DNA of 46,302 nt from an uncultured bacterium (GTDB taxonomy: Bacteria; UBP14; UBA6098; B30-G16), in assembly GCA_964443405.1 (NCBI GenBank), contig CAYUDB010000002.1, positions 1 to 46,302 on the forward strand, written 5' to 3'. A program made the translations under genes and the position numbers. This document shows, one piece after another, positions 37,571-46,302 of this stretch. The notes under the pieces are model-generated. The model searched no databases and was not told the origin of the DNA. It worked only from the letters and a program-made list of their open reading frames with translations. Position 1 is the stretch's first letter; every line of letters begins with the position of its first letter.

Positions 37571-40500
37571 TTACTTTGTGTAGTGAATGCGCATGGTATG
37601 CTGAGAATCGGCAGTGACAAGCTTCGCAAGGTAAACGCCAGAAGGAAGCTGGACGCCAGATTCATCTGTGCCGTCCCACGACAAACGCGTCTCGCCGCCC
37701 TTAACTATGTCGTCGAGAAGCACTTTCACCGCTTTGCCTGACAAGTCGGTAATCTGAACTTTCGCCCAGCCGTCCTTGTGCATGACCAGCGGTATTACAG
37801 TCGCCGAGTTGAACGGGTCGGGATAGTTTGTGTTCAGGAAACTGCGCGTAATCTTGCCTTGCGTGCCGGTCTGCTCGGCAATTTTCGTGGCAGAATATGT
37901 GTAGCAGCTGTCGCCAGCTTCGTGCCAGCCGAATCCGCAAAGCTCTGGAATGTAAACACATACGTCGTAGTGCGTCCCCGCAGCAAATTCAAAGGCAGCG
38001 CCAGGTGTAAAGACAACTTCGCCACCTGCAAGGTCGAAGTCCACGATCTCAGGGTCGGCAAGCGTGGTAAATTCCGCGACCAACAGCCCGTAATCGTTGT
38101 AAATCGACACTGCAACCTCGTCCTCGACGATTTGCCCGCACGCATTCTCAAACGAGAAGACGAATGCCGCCGAATCTAAGGTGCCAGGTTCCGGATAATG
38201 CGGCGTCGTGTAAACCAGTTCCTCGACGCCAGTAATTTGTGGCTCGGCATAGTCGGCGAGGAAGTCTAGGCAGTAGGGTTCGGCGAGCGCATTGCCAAAA
38301 ATGTCCGCCACTTCAGCCACGCAGAATTCGACTGTGGCACATGGAGTTGCGACAACGCCGTCGAAGGTGAGCAGGTTTTCCGCTGCATCGAAGGACAATT
38401 CGGGATCGTCAACGGTGTAGCTCACTCCGTCAACGGTCACGACGATGCTGGATTCGTCAACTCCATCTCCGTCATAGATATACGCGTCAACAGCGGCGCC
38501 ACTCTCGCATAGGAACGGCATGCGGCTGGCAATTTCAACCACTGGCGCTTCGAGAACAACGTCGATGTAGAAAATTTCGCGCGCTGAGTTTGCGTCGCAG
38601 ATGTCAATGTCGTCCTGTGCGGTCACTTCGAAGGTGTGTGTGCCGGAAGCTAATGTCATTCCGGCAGTTGCGGCGTTCCAAGTGAGCGTGCCGCCCGCAA
38701 AGGTAAGCGCTGCGTCGGCAAGGGTGAAGGCTGTGCCGTCAACAATTACGGCAATCGTCGATTCGACAACGCCTGCTGGCGCATCGGTAACGGTAAACGT
38801 AACAATAGGTTGCGGCACTGCCACCGAAGCTGACGACGTGAGTTCTATAACGGGCGCTTCGAGGTCGATGACATAGGACCAGCTCGTGGTGGAACCCATG
38901 TCGAGAGATGTGCCGAGGGCGTCGAGCGCTGTGGCAACCACCACGTTCACTGTGGTGCCGTGGGTGAAAGGTCCGGTTCCAGGCAGGTAAACTATAGAGT
39001 CGTCGGGCATGAAATCCCATGGCGTGGCGTAAGTTGCACCGTTGACTGTGAATAGCACGGAGGTGAGGTCGATGTCGTTGCCGTCGTAAAGGAAGAAACG
39101 AAGCTCGGGGGTGTCGCATGAGACGGTCATGCCGGGCATCGGCGAGCGCGGATAGGCGCGTGGACCGTGCGAGTTCATCGTGAAGGAAATGGTTGTTGGA
39201 ACAAAGGTGGCGCAGTTGTCGTGTCCGTAATCCATTGAGTCGCAAATGGATGTGAGCACAATGTCCACATCGCCGTCGGGGAAATGTGTGCTGGCGAGCG
39301 CGGGGTCGATATATAGGATGGTGTCGCCTGGCATGTTGAGATACGTCGGCGTGTCGGTGAAGCGGAGAGCGTGTGCGCCGAAATCGTCGGTCATGGACAT
39401 GTTCACCGACGATTTTTTAATCCTCATGCTGATGTTGTCGCGCACAAAATACCATGGACGCGCGAGCGAATCGGTGAGGACGGTGTCGGTGAGGGGCCAG
39501 TAATCGACTAGCATAGGTGGCGTGAGGTCGTGCGTGTAACGAACGTTGATGGGCGTAACTGGACAGCCCCAACCGTCGTAAGTTGGCACGATAATGTAGT
39601 TTACAGCGTCGCCATCCACGCGTGTGGAGGGGTTGTCGAAGCGGAAAGTGTCGCCCGAGAACGTGACGCCGGGGAAAAGTGTGGTGATGGTGTAGGGCAA
39701 TGTGTCGCCAACTGCCGAAAGAAAACGCATGCGAACGGATGGTCCCAGAACCACGGTGTCGGCATCGGTGAGATGCACGGCAATCGGTTGGATGGAGTCG
39801 GAAGTGAAGGTGGCGTTGGTGGGGTAGAGCGCTGTAGCGACGGGACCCACGTAATCGCAGCCCTCAACGTAAATGGAACCAGGGTATTCGATGTTCACGG
39901 TTTCGTCGAAGTAGCGCCAAGTGGCGTTCACTGTGTAATATTTGTAGGTGCTGCGGGATGGCGGTTCGGAGAAGTTGATGCGCCAGGCGGCAGTTTTCAA
40001 GCCTGAGGGGAACAGCTCATCGGCGATGTGGATCGGGTGAGTTGGATCGGGTGTTACGAGAACAGTGGTATCCTCGAATTCAATCCAAGCGTTGATGTCG
40101 TACATGGTGCTGTCGGTGTTGTTGCGAAAAACAACGCCCGAGCTAAGCGGATTGGGCATAAGTTCGCAGTAGGAAATCTCGAGTTTGCGCGGCATTTCGA
40201 TTCTTGCGCCGAGTGGACCGGTTAGGAAATCGCCGGCGGGGGCGAGACCGTAGTTTGTGGAGAAGCTCAAGAAACCGTGCGCGGGTATGGTAACTTCGCC
40301 CCAGCGCAAAATCGCGAGTCCGTCTTCGATGTAAAGGCGTTCGATGACATCCAAATCCCAATAGACGCTTGCGGTAAGGTCGCGTTGGTTGCCTATCGCT
40401 ACGAAATCGGGCACTGCTTCCATGGCACAACGCGCGATGATCTGCTCGCCTTCATAATCGGGTCCGTGCTCGTAAATCGACCAATATGGTGGCAAATCGT

Positions 40501-41074
40501 CTGCTGGGAAAACGGTTGTAGTCTCAATAGCCTCTTCGCCAGGAAAGGCAAAGGGTGCCAAATCGGAGCCGTCAATGTTGGTGTCGAGATAGAGGATGAC
40601 GCCAACTTCGTGAGGAACGTCATCGTTGTTAATGATGTCGTAGCGTATAGTTACCGAGCCGTTGCCATCGACATTGTAAGGGCGAAGTGTTTGCGTAAAT
40701 TGAACTTCGCCTATGTACCAGTCGGCAACTAGGATGTTCTCGGTGCGATAAATAGAAACTGCCGAAGGGCGCAGCGAATCGCCACCGAAATCGATGAGTG
40801 GTGATGCGTGATAAACGTCGCCATCGAGGTAAAAGCCGGGGAAAGTGGTGCCTGCGCCTCCGTGAACAGCGCCGCCATAGGTGAGAACCTTGTCGCCGTA
40901 AATGGTCGTGGTGCCCATGACGTCGGTATAAGCGCTGTCGATGAGGCTAATGCCGAAACCACCCCAGTTTGTAACACCCACGGCAATATGCTCATCGTAA
41001 TCGTAGGTGAGGTAGCCCGATTGCGCGCACGCAATGGTGCATGTCACCAATAAAGCCCATAAGAGCTTTCGCAT
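37571..41074 (-). CDS. Secreted Ig-like repeat protein (1167 aa) with a T9SS type-A/FlgD-Ig-like C-terminal domain
   Basis: AGGAGG RBS and signal peptide. The N-terminal domain and Ig-like units are homologous to the giant protein. C-terminus NYPDPFNSATVIPL...VQITDLSGKAVKVL...WDGTDESGVQLPSGVYLAKL. Confidence 0.9.
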   Translation of the reverse strand: MRKLLWALLVTCTIACAQSGYLTYDYDEHIAVGVTNWGGFGISLIDSAYTDVMGTTTIYGDKVLTYGGAVHGGAGTTFPGFYLDGDVYHASPLIDFGGDSLRPSAVSIYRTENILVADWYIGEVQFTQTLRPYNVDGNGSVTIRYDIINNDDVPHEVGVILYLDTNIDGSDLAPFAFPGEEAIETTTVFPADDLPPYWSIYEHGPDYEGEQIIARCAMEAVPDFVAIGNQRDLTASVYWDLDVIERLYIEDGLAILRWGEVTIPAHGFLSFSTNYGLAPAGDFLTGPLGARIEMPRKLEISYCELMPNPLSSGVVFRNNTDSTMYDINAWIEFEDTTVLVTPDPTHPIHIADELFPSGLKTAAWRINFSEPPSRSTYKYYTVNATWRYFDETVNIEYPGSIYVEGCDYVGPVATALYPTNATFTSDSIQPIAVHLTDADTVVLGPSVRMRFLSAVGDTLPYTITTLFPGVTFSGDTFRFDNPSTRVDGDAVNYIIVPTYDGWGCPVTPINVRYTHDLTPPMLVDYWPLTDTVLTDSLARPWYFVRDNISMRIKKSSVNMSMTDDFGAHALRFTDTPTYLNMPGDTILYIDPALASTHFPDGDVDIVLTSICDSMDYGHDNCATFVPTTISFTMNSHGPRAYPRSPMPGMTVSCDTPELRFFLYDGNDIDLTSVLFTVNGATYATPWDFMPDDSIVYLPGTGPFTHGTTVNVVVATALDALGTSLDMGSTTSWSYVIDLEAPVIELTSSASVAVPQPIVTFTVTDAPAGVVESTIAVIVDGTAFTLADAALTFAGGTLTWNAATAGMTLASGTHTFEVTAQDDIDICDANSAREIFYIDVVLEAPVVEIASRMPFLCESGAAVDAYIYDGDGVDESSIVVTVDGVSYTVDDPELSFDAAENLLTFDGVVATPCATVEFCVAEVADIFGNALAEPYCLDFLADYAEPQITGVEELVYTTPHYPEPGTLDSAAFVFSFENACGQIVEDEVAVSIYNDYGLLVAEFTTLADPEIVDFDLAGGEVVFTPGAAFEFAAGTHYDVCVYIPELCGFGWHEAGDSCYTYSATKIAEQTGTQGKITRSFLNTNYPDPFNSATVIPLVMHKDGWAKVQITDLSGKAVKVLLDDIVKGGETRLSWDGTDESGVQLPSGVYLAKLVTADSQHTMRIHYTK

Positions 41075-41229
41075 AGCAATCCTCCTGATATTAAGTTTAC
41101 TCTTATTGTGCAGATATTTGGCAAAAGAGTTGTTATCAAGTTGTTAAAACATATGAAATTGCAGATAATTGATTTGAGTATTCTGTTTTCTTTATTAAGT
41201 TTTCAAAATGTAAGTTCAAACAATGAAGT

Positions 41230-42084
41230 TCATTCTGCCGAAACGAGATGCACGCGCAAAAAAGCTTTTGTGCCGTCGGGCAATTCGGCTAAGATGATCT
41301 CCTCTAGCAATTTGAACGGCAGTTTTTTCTCGAAAGCTACTTGCACAAAGAAATTGCCAGCTCCATTTTCGTCGAGGCGAATTTCGGCAGGGAAGAACAC
41401 TGTGCCTTCGGGTGCTCTACGAAAGCCTGTTGTGGGAAGGATGGTAAGCTTAGCAACGTCCGATTCGGGGTCGAGGCGATAGAATTTTGCTTTGCGGGCG
41501 GTTTTGCTGCCAACAAAAAACTTGAGATTTTGCGACACATTAGCTTCAGAACCGAGGCTGTCGAAACGTATTACCGATGGCACGAAAACAGCTTCACCCG
41601 AAGGGAGTTTTGGCACTACACCAGTCTTTGGCTCGGTTTCGAAGCGGAAAAGCAAATAGGCACCCACTGCAAGCATGCCAGAAGTCGATTCGACAGTTGG
41701 GCTTACATCGACGCCAAGCAAAAAATGACGGTTGTAAAGTGATGGATCATCGGGCAAATGCATCCACATTGCCGATTGAGTTTTTATTTCATCGGATAAT
41801 ATTAGGGTATCGCGCTCGAAGTGAAAAAACTCAGTGCCAGGAAAATCGAAAAAGCCTGTGGCTTTAGTTCCGTCAGCGGAAGGTATTACGGGTTTGATGA
41901 TGTAAACGCCCGATGAATAAGCTCTATCGATTCGAACAACAAAACCTTTTGTGGCGGTTATGTCGTATTTTTTGCCCACTGGTACGTCTTGTAAAAGAAA
42001 TGTGCCGGGCGTTATGGATATTCCAACGCCAAATACTGCGCTTGCGCACACTAATAATAAAATTAACGCAGCTTTTTGAAACAT
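41230..42084 (-). CDS. Secreted hypothetical beta-rich protein
   Basis: GGAGG RBS 9 nt before ATG 42084; signal MFQKAALILLLVCASAVFG; no family recognised. Confidence 0.75.
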   Translation of the reverse strand: MFQKAALILLLVCASAVFGVGISITPGTFLLQDVPVGKKYDITATKGFVVRIDRAYSSGVYIIKPVIPSADGTKATGFFDFPGTEFFHFERDTLILSDEIKTQSAMWMHLPDDPSLYNRHFLLGVDVSPTVESTSGMLAVGAYLLFRFETEPKTGVVPKLPSGEAVFVPSVIRFDSLGSEANVSQNLKFFVGSKTARKAKFYRLDPESDVAKLTILPTTGFRRAPEGTVFFPAEIRLDENGAGNFFVQVAFEKKLPFKLLEEIILAELPDGTKAFLRVHLVSAE

Positions 42085-42172
42085 GCCGCGCAACCTCCGT
42101 TTTCATCAATGCTAGAATCTCACAACCAGCGGCTGCGAATTGTTGACCGCTTTGTTTTTTTGAAGTGAGAGT

Positions 42173-42424
42173 TCACTTATGACTGTTTTTTTTGCCTAGT
42201 CTATAAATGCTATAACCCACGAGTCCTAGAGTTGCCGGTATCGCCATGAAAGTGCCCAGCCCAAGCCCTATAGCTGTGCCACCAATTGCTATACCAGCTC
42301 CGCCGACAATTCCGTATGCGGCAGCTCCTAGTATAGCTGGTATAGAGGTAGTAGCTGCTACACCGGCTAAAGTTTTCTTTTTTCCGTCAACGTAGCTCCG
42401 AAGTATAAGTTTTTCGTAATTCAA
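42173..42424 (-). CDS. Small Gly/Ala-rich membrane protein (glycine-zipper-like)
   Basis: 83-aa ORF with a TTG start and a long hydrophobic GxxxG-rich core (GAAAYGIVGGAGIAIGGTAIGLGLG) flanked by basic ends. Confidence 0.6.
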   Translation of the reverse strand: MNYEKLILRSYVDGKKKTLAGVAATTSIPAILGAAAYGIVGGAGIAIGGTAIGLGLGTFMAIPATLGLVGYSIYRLGKKNSHK

Positions 42425-42526
42425 TTATACGTAATAGCGATAAGTTATGCAAGCAAAAAGCGCAGTGGTGCGCAAGTGATGCATTGTTGGTGGTTGTGCG
42501 AGTGAAAGCCTTGGTAATGAGCACCC

Positions 42527-42706
42527 TTATTCTTTTTCAGTGTGAGCTTTTTTAATAAGAGTTGCGCCAAAGATCGATGAAAGCAGCGCAAAAATCACAG
42601 TTGGGCTGCTTGTGCCCGTGCCGTTAAAGTAACTTATGGCGTTTCCTGTGAGAATAAGTAAGCCTATTATGTTAAGTGCATAGCCTAGAAAGAGTTTTGT
42701 TTTCAT
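42527..42706 (-). CDS. Small two-TM membrane protein, 59 aa (below ORF-track cutoff)
   Basis: GGAG RBS; hand translation MKTKLFLGYALNIIGLLILTGNAISYFNGTGTSSPTVIFALLSSIFGATLIKKAHTEKE*, with TAA at 42527-42529. Confidence 0.65.
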   Translation of the reverse strand: MKTKLFLGYALNIIGLLILTGNAISYFNGTGTSSPTVIFALLSSIFGATLIKKAHTEKE

Positions 42707-42906
42707 CGTTTACTCCATGTGATTGTTTGCCATTTTTTCATTATAGCGTTTAGATAGACCATGCAAAGTGCCTTTTGTTACATTCAATCGAAAAAAAATT
42801 TAAAGAAAGACAGTTAAAAATCTTGCCCGAAAACTGGCAACTCTATAAATGCATTGGTGAAACTTCGAAAGCGTGTGGCAATTTTTGCACGCGCGAGAAA
42901 AACAAT

Positions 42907-42934
42907 TTGACGGAACAGAAACTGCGAGTATATT
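42907..42934 (+). promoter_or_regulatory. Candidate sigma70 promoter for dnaN
   Basis: TTGACG-N16-TATATT, 28 nt upstream of ATG 42963. Confidence 0.5.
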
Positions 42935-42962
42935 TGCGCATTATGAACATCAAGGGGGCAGC

Positions 42963-44084
42963 ATGAAGGTTATAGTAACATATTCCGATCTATCAGAAGC
43001 CGTTTTGGCTGTATCGGCGGTAATACCTGCACGTTCCACGCAACCTGCTTTGGCAAATGTGCTTCTTACAGCCGAAAACAACCAGTTCACCATTGTCGGA
43101 ACCGATAAAGAACAGTCGCTTTTCATAACTGTGCCAGCACAAGTTCTCATACCCGGTGCTTTCGCGGTGCCTGCAAAAAAACTTTCCGATGTCTTGCGTC
43201 AACTGAAACGCGGCGATGTTGAGCTTGTGGTTGATGATTTTCGCCTTACAGTGAGACAGGAGGGACAATGGGTTCGTCTTCCGGGCATGCCTGCCGACGA
43301 TTTCCCGCGCACCGAACTTCTCGTCGATCCACAAAGATCATTCTCGCTCGATGCCAAAATGCTTTCCTCCATGCTAGATCTGTGCACATATGCCATGTCC
43401 ACCGAGATTACGCGCATAAATTTGGCGGGTATATTTTGGCAAATTGCGCCAGAAGGCATTCGCATGGTCGCCACAGATGGTCATATGCTTGCCCTTGTGA
43501 AAAAGCAGTTCGAAACCGACTACCCCTTGCCACTTGAAATGATAATCCCCGAACGTGCTGCAAACCGCCTGCTTTCGCTCATTGCAAAAATGCAGAACGA
43601 AAATGTGAAAATCACGCCGGGCACAGGCTCCATACAGTTCATTGCCGGCAACTACCGCTTCGAATCAAAGCTCATTACCGAAAAATACCCCGATTACGAA
43701 CGCGTGTTACCTTCCGATAACGAAAACATCATGCTTGTAGAAGGCTCCGATCTCATATCGCGAGTTCAACTTATGTCAGTGGTCAGCTCACCCATAACGA
43801 ACTTAGTTCGCTTTAGCCTCGGCAACAACACTCTTGACCTCACCGCCTCCGACCTCGATAGTGGTGCAGAGGGTAATGCGCCTGTTTCGGTCGATTACGA
43901 GGGCGAAAAAATGGATTTGGGTTTCAATGCGAAAATGCTCATGACCATATTGCGGCATATTCCCACACAGCGAGTGCGCTTCGCCTTCAAAAATCCAAAC
44001 ATGGCTTCGCTCATAACTCCTGTTCCGCAACCCGAAGAATACGAATATCTTACTGTTCTCATGCCGCTTCGTCTGCCCGATTGA
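42963..44084 (+). CDS. dnaN: DNA polymerase III beta sliding clamp
   Basis: AAGGGGG RBS; RSTQPALANVLL, DDFP, MVATDGHML, IIPERA, SKLITEKYPDYERV, GFNAKML and VLMPLRL motifs. Confidence 0.96.
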   Translation: MKVIVTYSDLSEAVLAVSAVIPARSTQPALANVLLTAENNQFTIVGTDKEQSLFITVPAQVLIPGAFAVPAKKLSDVLRQLKRGDVELVVDDFRLTVRQEGQWVRLPGMPADDFPRTELLVDPQRSFSLDAKMLSSMLDLCTYAMSTEITRINLAGIFWQIAPEGIRMVATDGHMLALVKKQFETDYPLPLEMIIPERAANRLLSLIAKMQNENVKITPGTGSIQFIAGNYRFESKLITEKYPDYERVLPSDNENIMLVEGSDLISRVQLMSVVSSPITNLVRFSLGNNTLDLTASDLDSGAEGNAPVSVDYEGEKMDLGFNAKMLMTILRHIPTQRVRFAFKNPNMASLITPVPQPEEYEYLTVLMPLRLPD

Positions 44085-44675
44085 ACAGCTTTTTCGTTTG
44101 GCGGTGTCATCTACGCCACCACATAATGGGTGGGCAAATAATTTGGTTGCAACGAATGTTCATCTCCGCCATGAAGTTTGTTTTGAGGTGTGTTCTGTTT
44201 GCAATGGAACAAAGCCTCGCATCAGTTTTTTCCTTTGACGAAAAGCTTCTTGGAACTCGGTGTATCAAAGAACGAATGCAAATGCCGCACGTTTGCGGCG
44301 CGATTTTAATTGACTGCATGTAGTTTTTGAGAGATGCTTAAGGCATTTTTAGCATGCGCTTTATGCGTTCGGTTAATGAGCGAAGCGAAACCAAATTGCG
44401 AAACCGTATGCCAATGGTGAGAAGTGTTTTTGCGCAAAGTTGATAGCTATCAAATTGCAGTGCAAGGAATTGGGCAAATACAGCTGCGGCAACATATGTT
44501 TGAGCGTTTAACATTTTATGCGCCGCCGAAGTGAAATTTTGGTGGTGCATTTTTGTTCGACAAAAACTGGGCAATTTTTTTATTGATCTGTGTTTCGGGT
44601 GGGTAATTTGTCATTTTACCTGACGGCACAAAAAACAAGTCAACGGTGAGCGGCATTAACAAAAGGAGGATAGTT

Positions 44676-45263
44676 ATGGCACAATCTTCGAACTCAGTTT
44701 TCAATTTGAATCACTATTTGTTTCGCCGCAAAGTTTTCAAGCTTTTCGGCGGAGCATTTCACGCTTACGATGAAAGCGGGCAAGTGATTTTTTACTCGGA
44801 GCAAAAAGCTTTCAAATTGCGCGAGGATTTTCGCATCTTTTCAGACGAGAGCAAATCGCGTGAGCTTTTACGCATTCAAACACCGCAAATACTCGACATC
44901 GGAGCTACTTACAATGTTTTCGATTCGAGCACATCCGAAAATGTCGGTGCGATAAAGCGCAAAGGACTGAAGTCGATTATTCGCGACGAATGGCTGTTTT
45001 TCGACGCATCTGGCAGGCAAGTTGGTATGTTGAGCGAGCGCAGTCAAGTTATGGCAATACTCACGCGATTTATAAACCTCATACCACAACAATACGGCGT
45101 TTCTGATATGCAAGGCATTGAACACGTTCGTGTTACGCAGCATTTCAATCCGTTTATTCTCAAATACACCGTTGATTTTGCAAATCCTGCATTGCCAATT
45201 GACCGTCGCTTGATTTTGGCGGCATGTATTCTGTTGTGCGGCATAGAGGGCAGACAGGACTGA
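44676..45263 (+). CDS. LURP-one/scramblase-like (Tubby C-terminal-like fold) protein
   Basis: AAGGAGG RBS; YLFRRKVFKLFGGAFHAYDESG, QKAFKLREDFRIFSDE, GAIKRKGLKSIIRDEW and IDRRLILAACILL patterns. Confidence 0.7.
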   Translation: MAQSSNSVFNLNHYLFRRKVFKLFGGAFHAYDESGQVIFYSEQKAFKLREDFRIFSDESKSRELLRIQTPQILDIGATYNVFDSSTSENVGAIKRKGLKSIIRDEWLFFDASGRQVGMLSERSQVMAILTRFINLIPQQYGVSDMQGIEHVRVTQHFNPFILKYTVDFANPALPIDRRLILAACILLCGIEGRQD

Positions 45264-45444
45264 TGATTTTTCAAAAAATGAGCCGAACAATTTTCTGCGC
45301 AAGCTGTGATTTTTAAGCGAAGCTGATTTGCGGTTTCTGCGAATTTTTTGGTTTTATTTTGATGCACCAATTCTGTGCCGAACAAACAATATCCGCAGCA
45401 AACGCTATGGTTTTAAATTTGGATTCTGTAAAGTAAAATGAACG

Positions 45445-45474
45445 ACTCCACTGGCGAAAGCAGTGGAGTTTTTT
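45445..45474 (+). terminator. Rho-independent terminator between convergent genes
   Basis: ACTCCACTG-GCGAAAG-CAGTGGAGT followed by Ts. Confidence 0.8.
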
Positions 45475-45498
45475 GATGTGGTAACCTGTGGTAAAAAT

Positions 45499-46140
45499 TT
45501 AGCTTAATGCGTAACGAACTATGATGAATCCGCCTATGAGCAGAACTGTGAGCACAATGGTGAGCAAGTTGAAGTATTTGTCGATGAAGGTTTTAACTTT
45601 TTCGCCGAAGAACATAAGCAAAATGGCTACCAGAAAAAATCGTGCACTGCGGCTCACTGCCGACGCGAGAACAAAAATGAAAAAGTTGATTTTGCAAGCG
45701 CCAGCAGCGATGGTGAAAATTTTGTAAGGGATTGGAGTAAAACCAGCTATGCCAACGGCGATGGCATTGTATTGCGCATAAAGTTCGGCTATTTGGTCGA
45801 ATTTGGAAGTGGCACCGTATAGTTCCAAAACTTTCATGCCTATGCCGTCCATTAGCCAAAGTCCAATTGCATAGCCCAAAATGCCTCCTAAAACCGAGAA
45901 AATCGAGCATAATGTGGCGTACCACAATGCTTTTTTCGGGCGCGAAAGCGAGAGTGGAATTAGTAGAGTGTCGGGCGGAATGGGAAAAAATGACGACTCG
46001 GTGAAAGCAGTGAGCACAAGTGCCCAAATTCCATATGGTGTGTGTGCCCAATGCAAAACCCATGCGTACAGCCTGCGCAACGGATTTTTTGTGGGTTTTG
46101 CTGCATAGGCAGTTTCGGGAGTTTTCGAATCTAAGCCCAT
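45499..46140 (-). CDS. DedA/YqaA-family (VTT domain) membrane protein
   Basis: AFTESSFFPIPPDTLLIPL, SVLGGILGYAIG, AGFTPIPYKIFTIAAG and SRSARFFLVA motifs; start at ATG 46140 with an AAGGA RBS. Confidence 0.92.
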   Translation of the reverse strand: MGLDSKTPETAYAAKPTKNPLRRLYAWVLHWAHTPYGIWALVLTAFTESSFFPIPPDTLLIPLSLSRPKKALWYATLCSIFSVLGGILGYAIGLWLMDGIGMKVLELYGATSKFDQIAELYAQYNAIAVGIAGFTPIPYKIFTIAAGACKINFFIFVLASAVSRSARFFLVAILLMFFGEKVKTFIDKYFNLLTIVLTVLLIGGFIIVRYALS

Positions 46141-46302
46141 GTTTTCCTTTGTGTGTAAAAAAACCGGAATCTTTGTAATTCCGGCATTGTTTTCTTCTTC
46201 ATCGCCTTTGTTGGCGTGTTTCAATAGCTATGGTGCAATTCGCGCGAGTTACGCCCGGTCAAAATGCAAAAAAACACTCTAAATCGAGTCAACTGCAATG
46301 GC

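Noticed and set aside
44085-44675. Short ORFs or an ncRNA between dnaN and the LURP-like gene
   Set aside because: Several overlapping 60-80-aa ORFs without RBS or motifs; no recognisable RNA family or convincing long stem.

Overview
This 46.3-kb window comes from a diderm bacterium. It carries an Omp85 gene, lipoproteins, strong GGAGG Shine-Dalgarno sites and sigma70 TTGACA/TATAAT promoters, plus large secreted proteins with T9SS-like C-terminal domains. From that mix I infer an FCB-related, non-Bacteroidota lineage. Housekeeping genes are scattered rather than in classic operons: dapA-dapB, tRNA-Pro(TGG), rpmB, dut, a TenI/ThiE-like gene, rodA, sbcC without sbcD, thiL, a lipoate ligase fusion, an MFS transporter, dnaN and a DedA/YqaA gene. 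Between them lie accessory surface-protein genes: two tandem paralogous lipoproteins, a PD40-LytR_C fusion coupled to an Omp85/TamA-like gene, and a ~3076-aa repeat adhesin with a type-B (CHU_C-like) C-terminal domain. An 1167-aa paralog of that adhesin ends in a type-A/FlgD-Ig-like domain instead. The most unusual signal is six intergenic tandem arrays with unrelated sequences whose periods are all multiples of 21 bp (21, 42, 63, 84, 105). Five surround one signal-less helical+FN3 gene (26.4-30.0 kb) and one lies upstream of an Ig-like lipoprotein gene (36.7-37.1 kb). No cas genes, CRISPR array, reverse transcriptase, integrase or transposase were recognised. All family assignments are from motif recognition by eye, not database searches.
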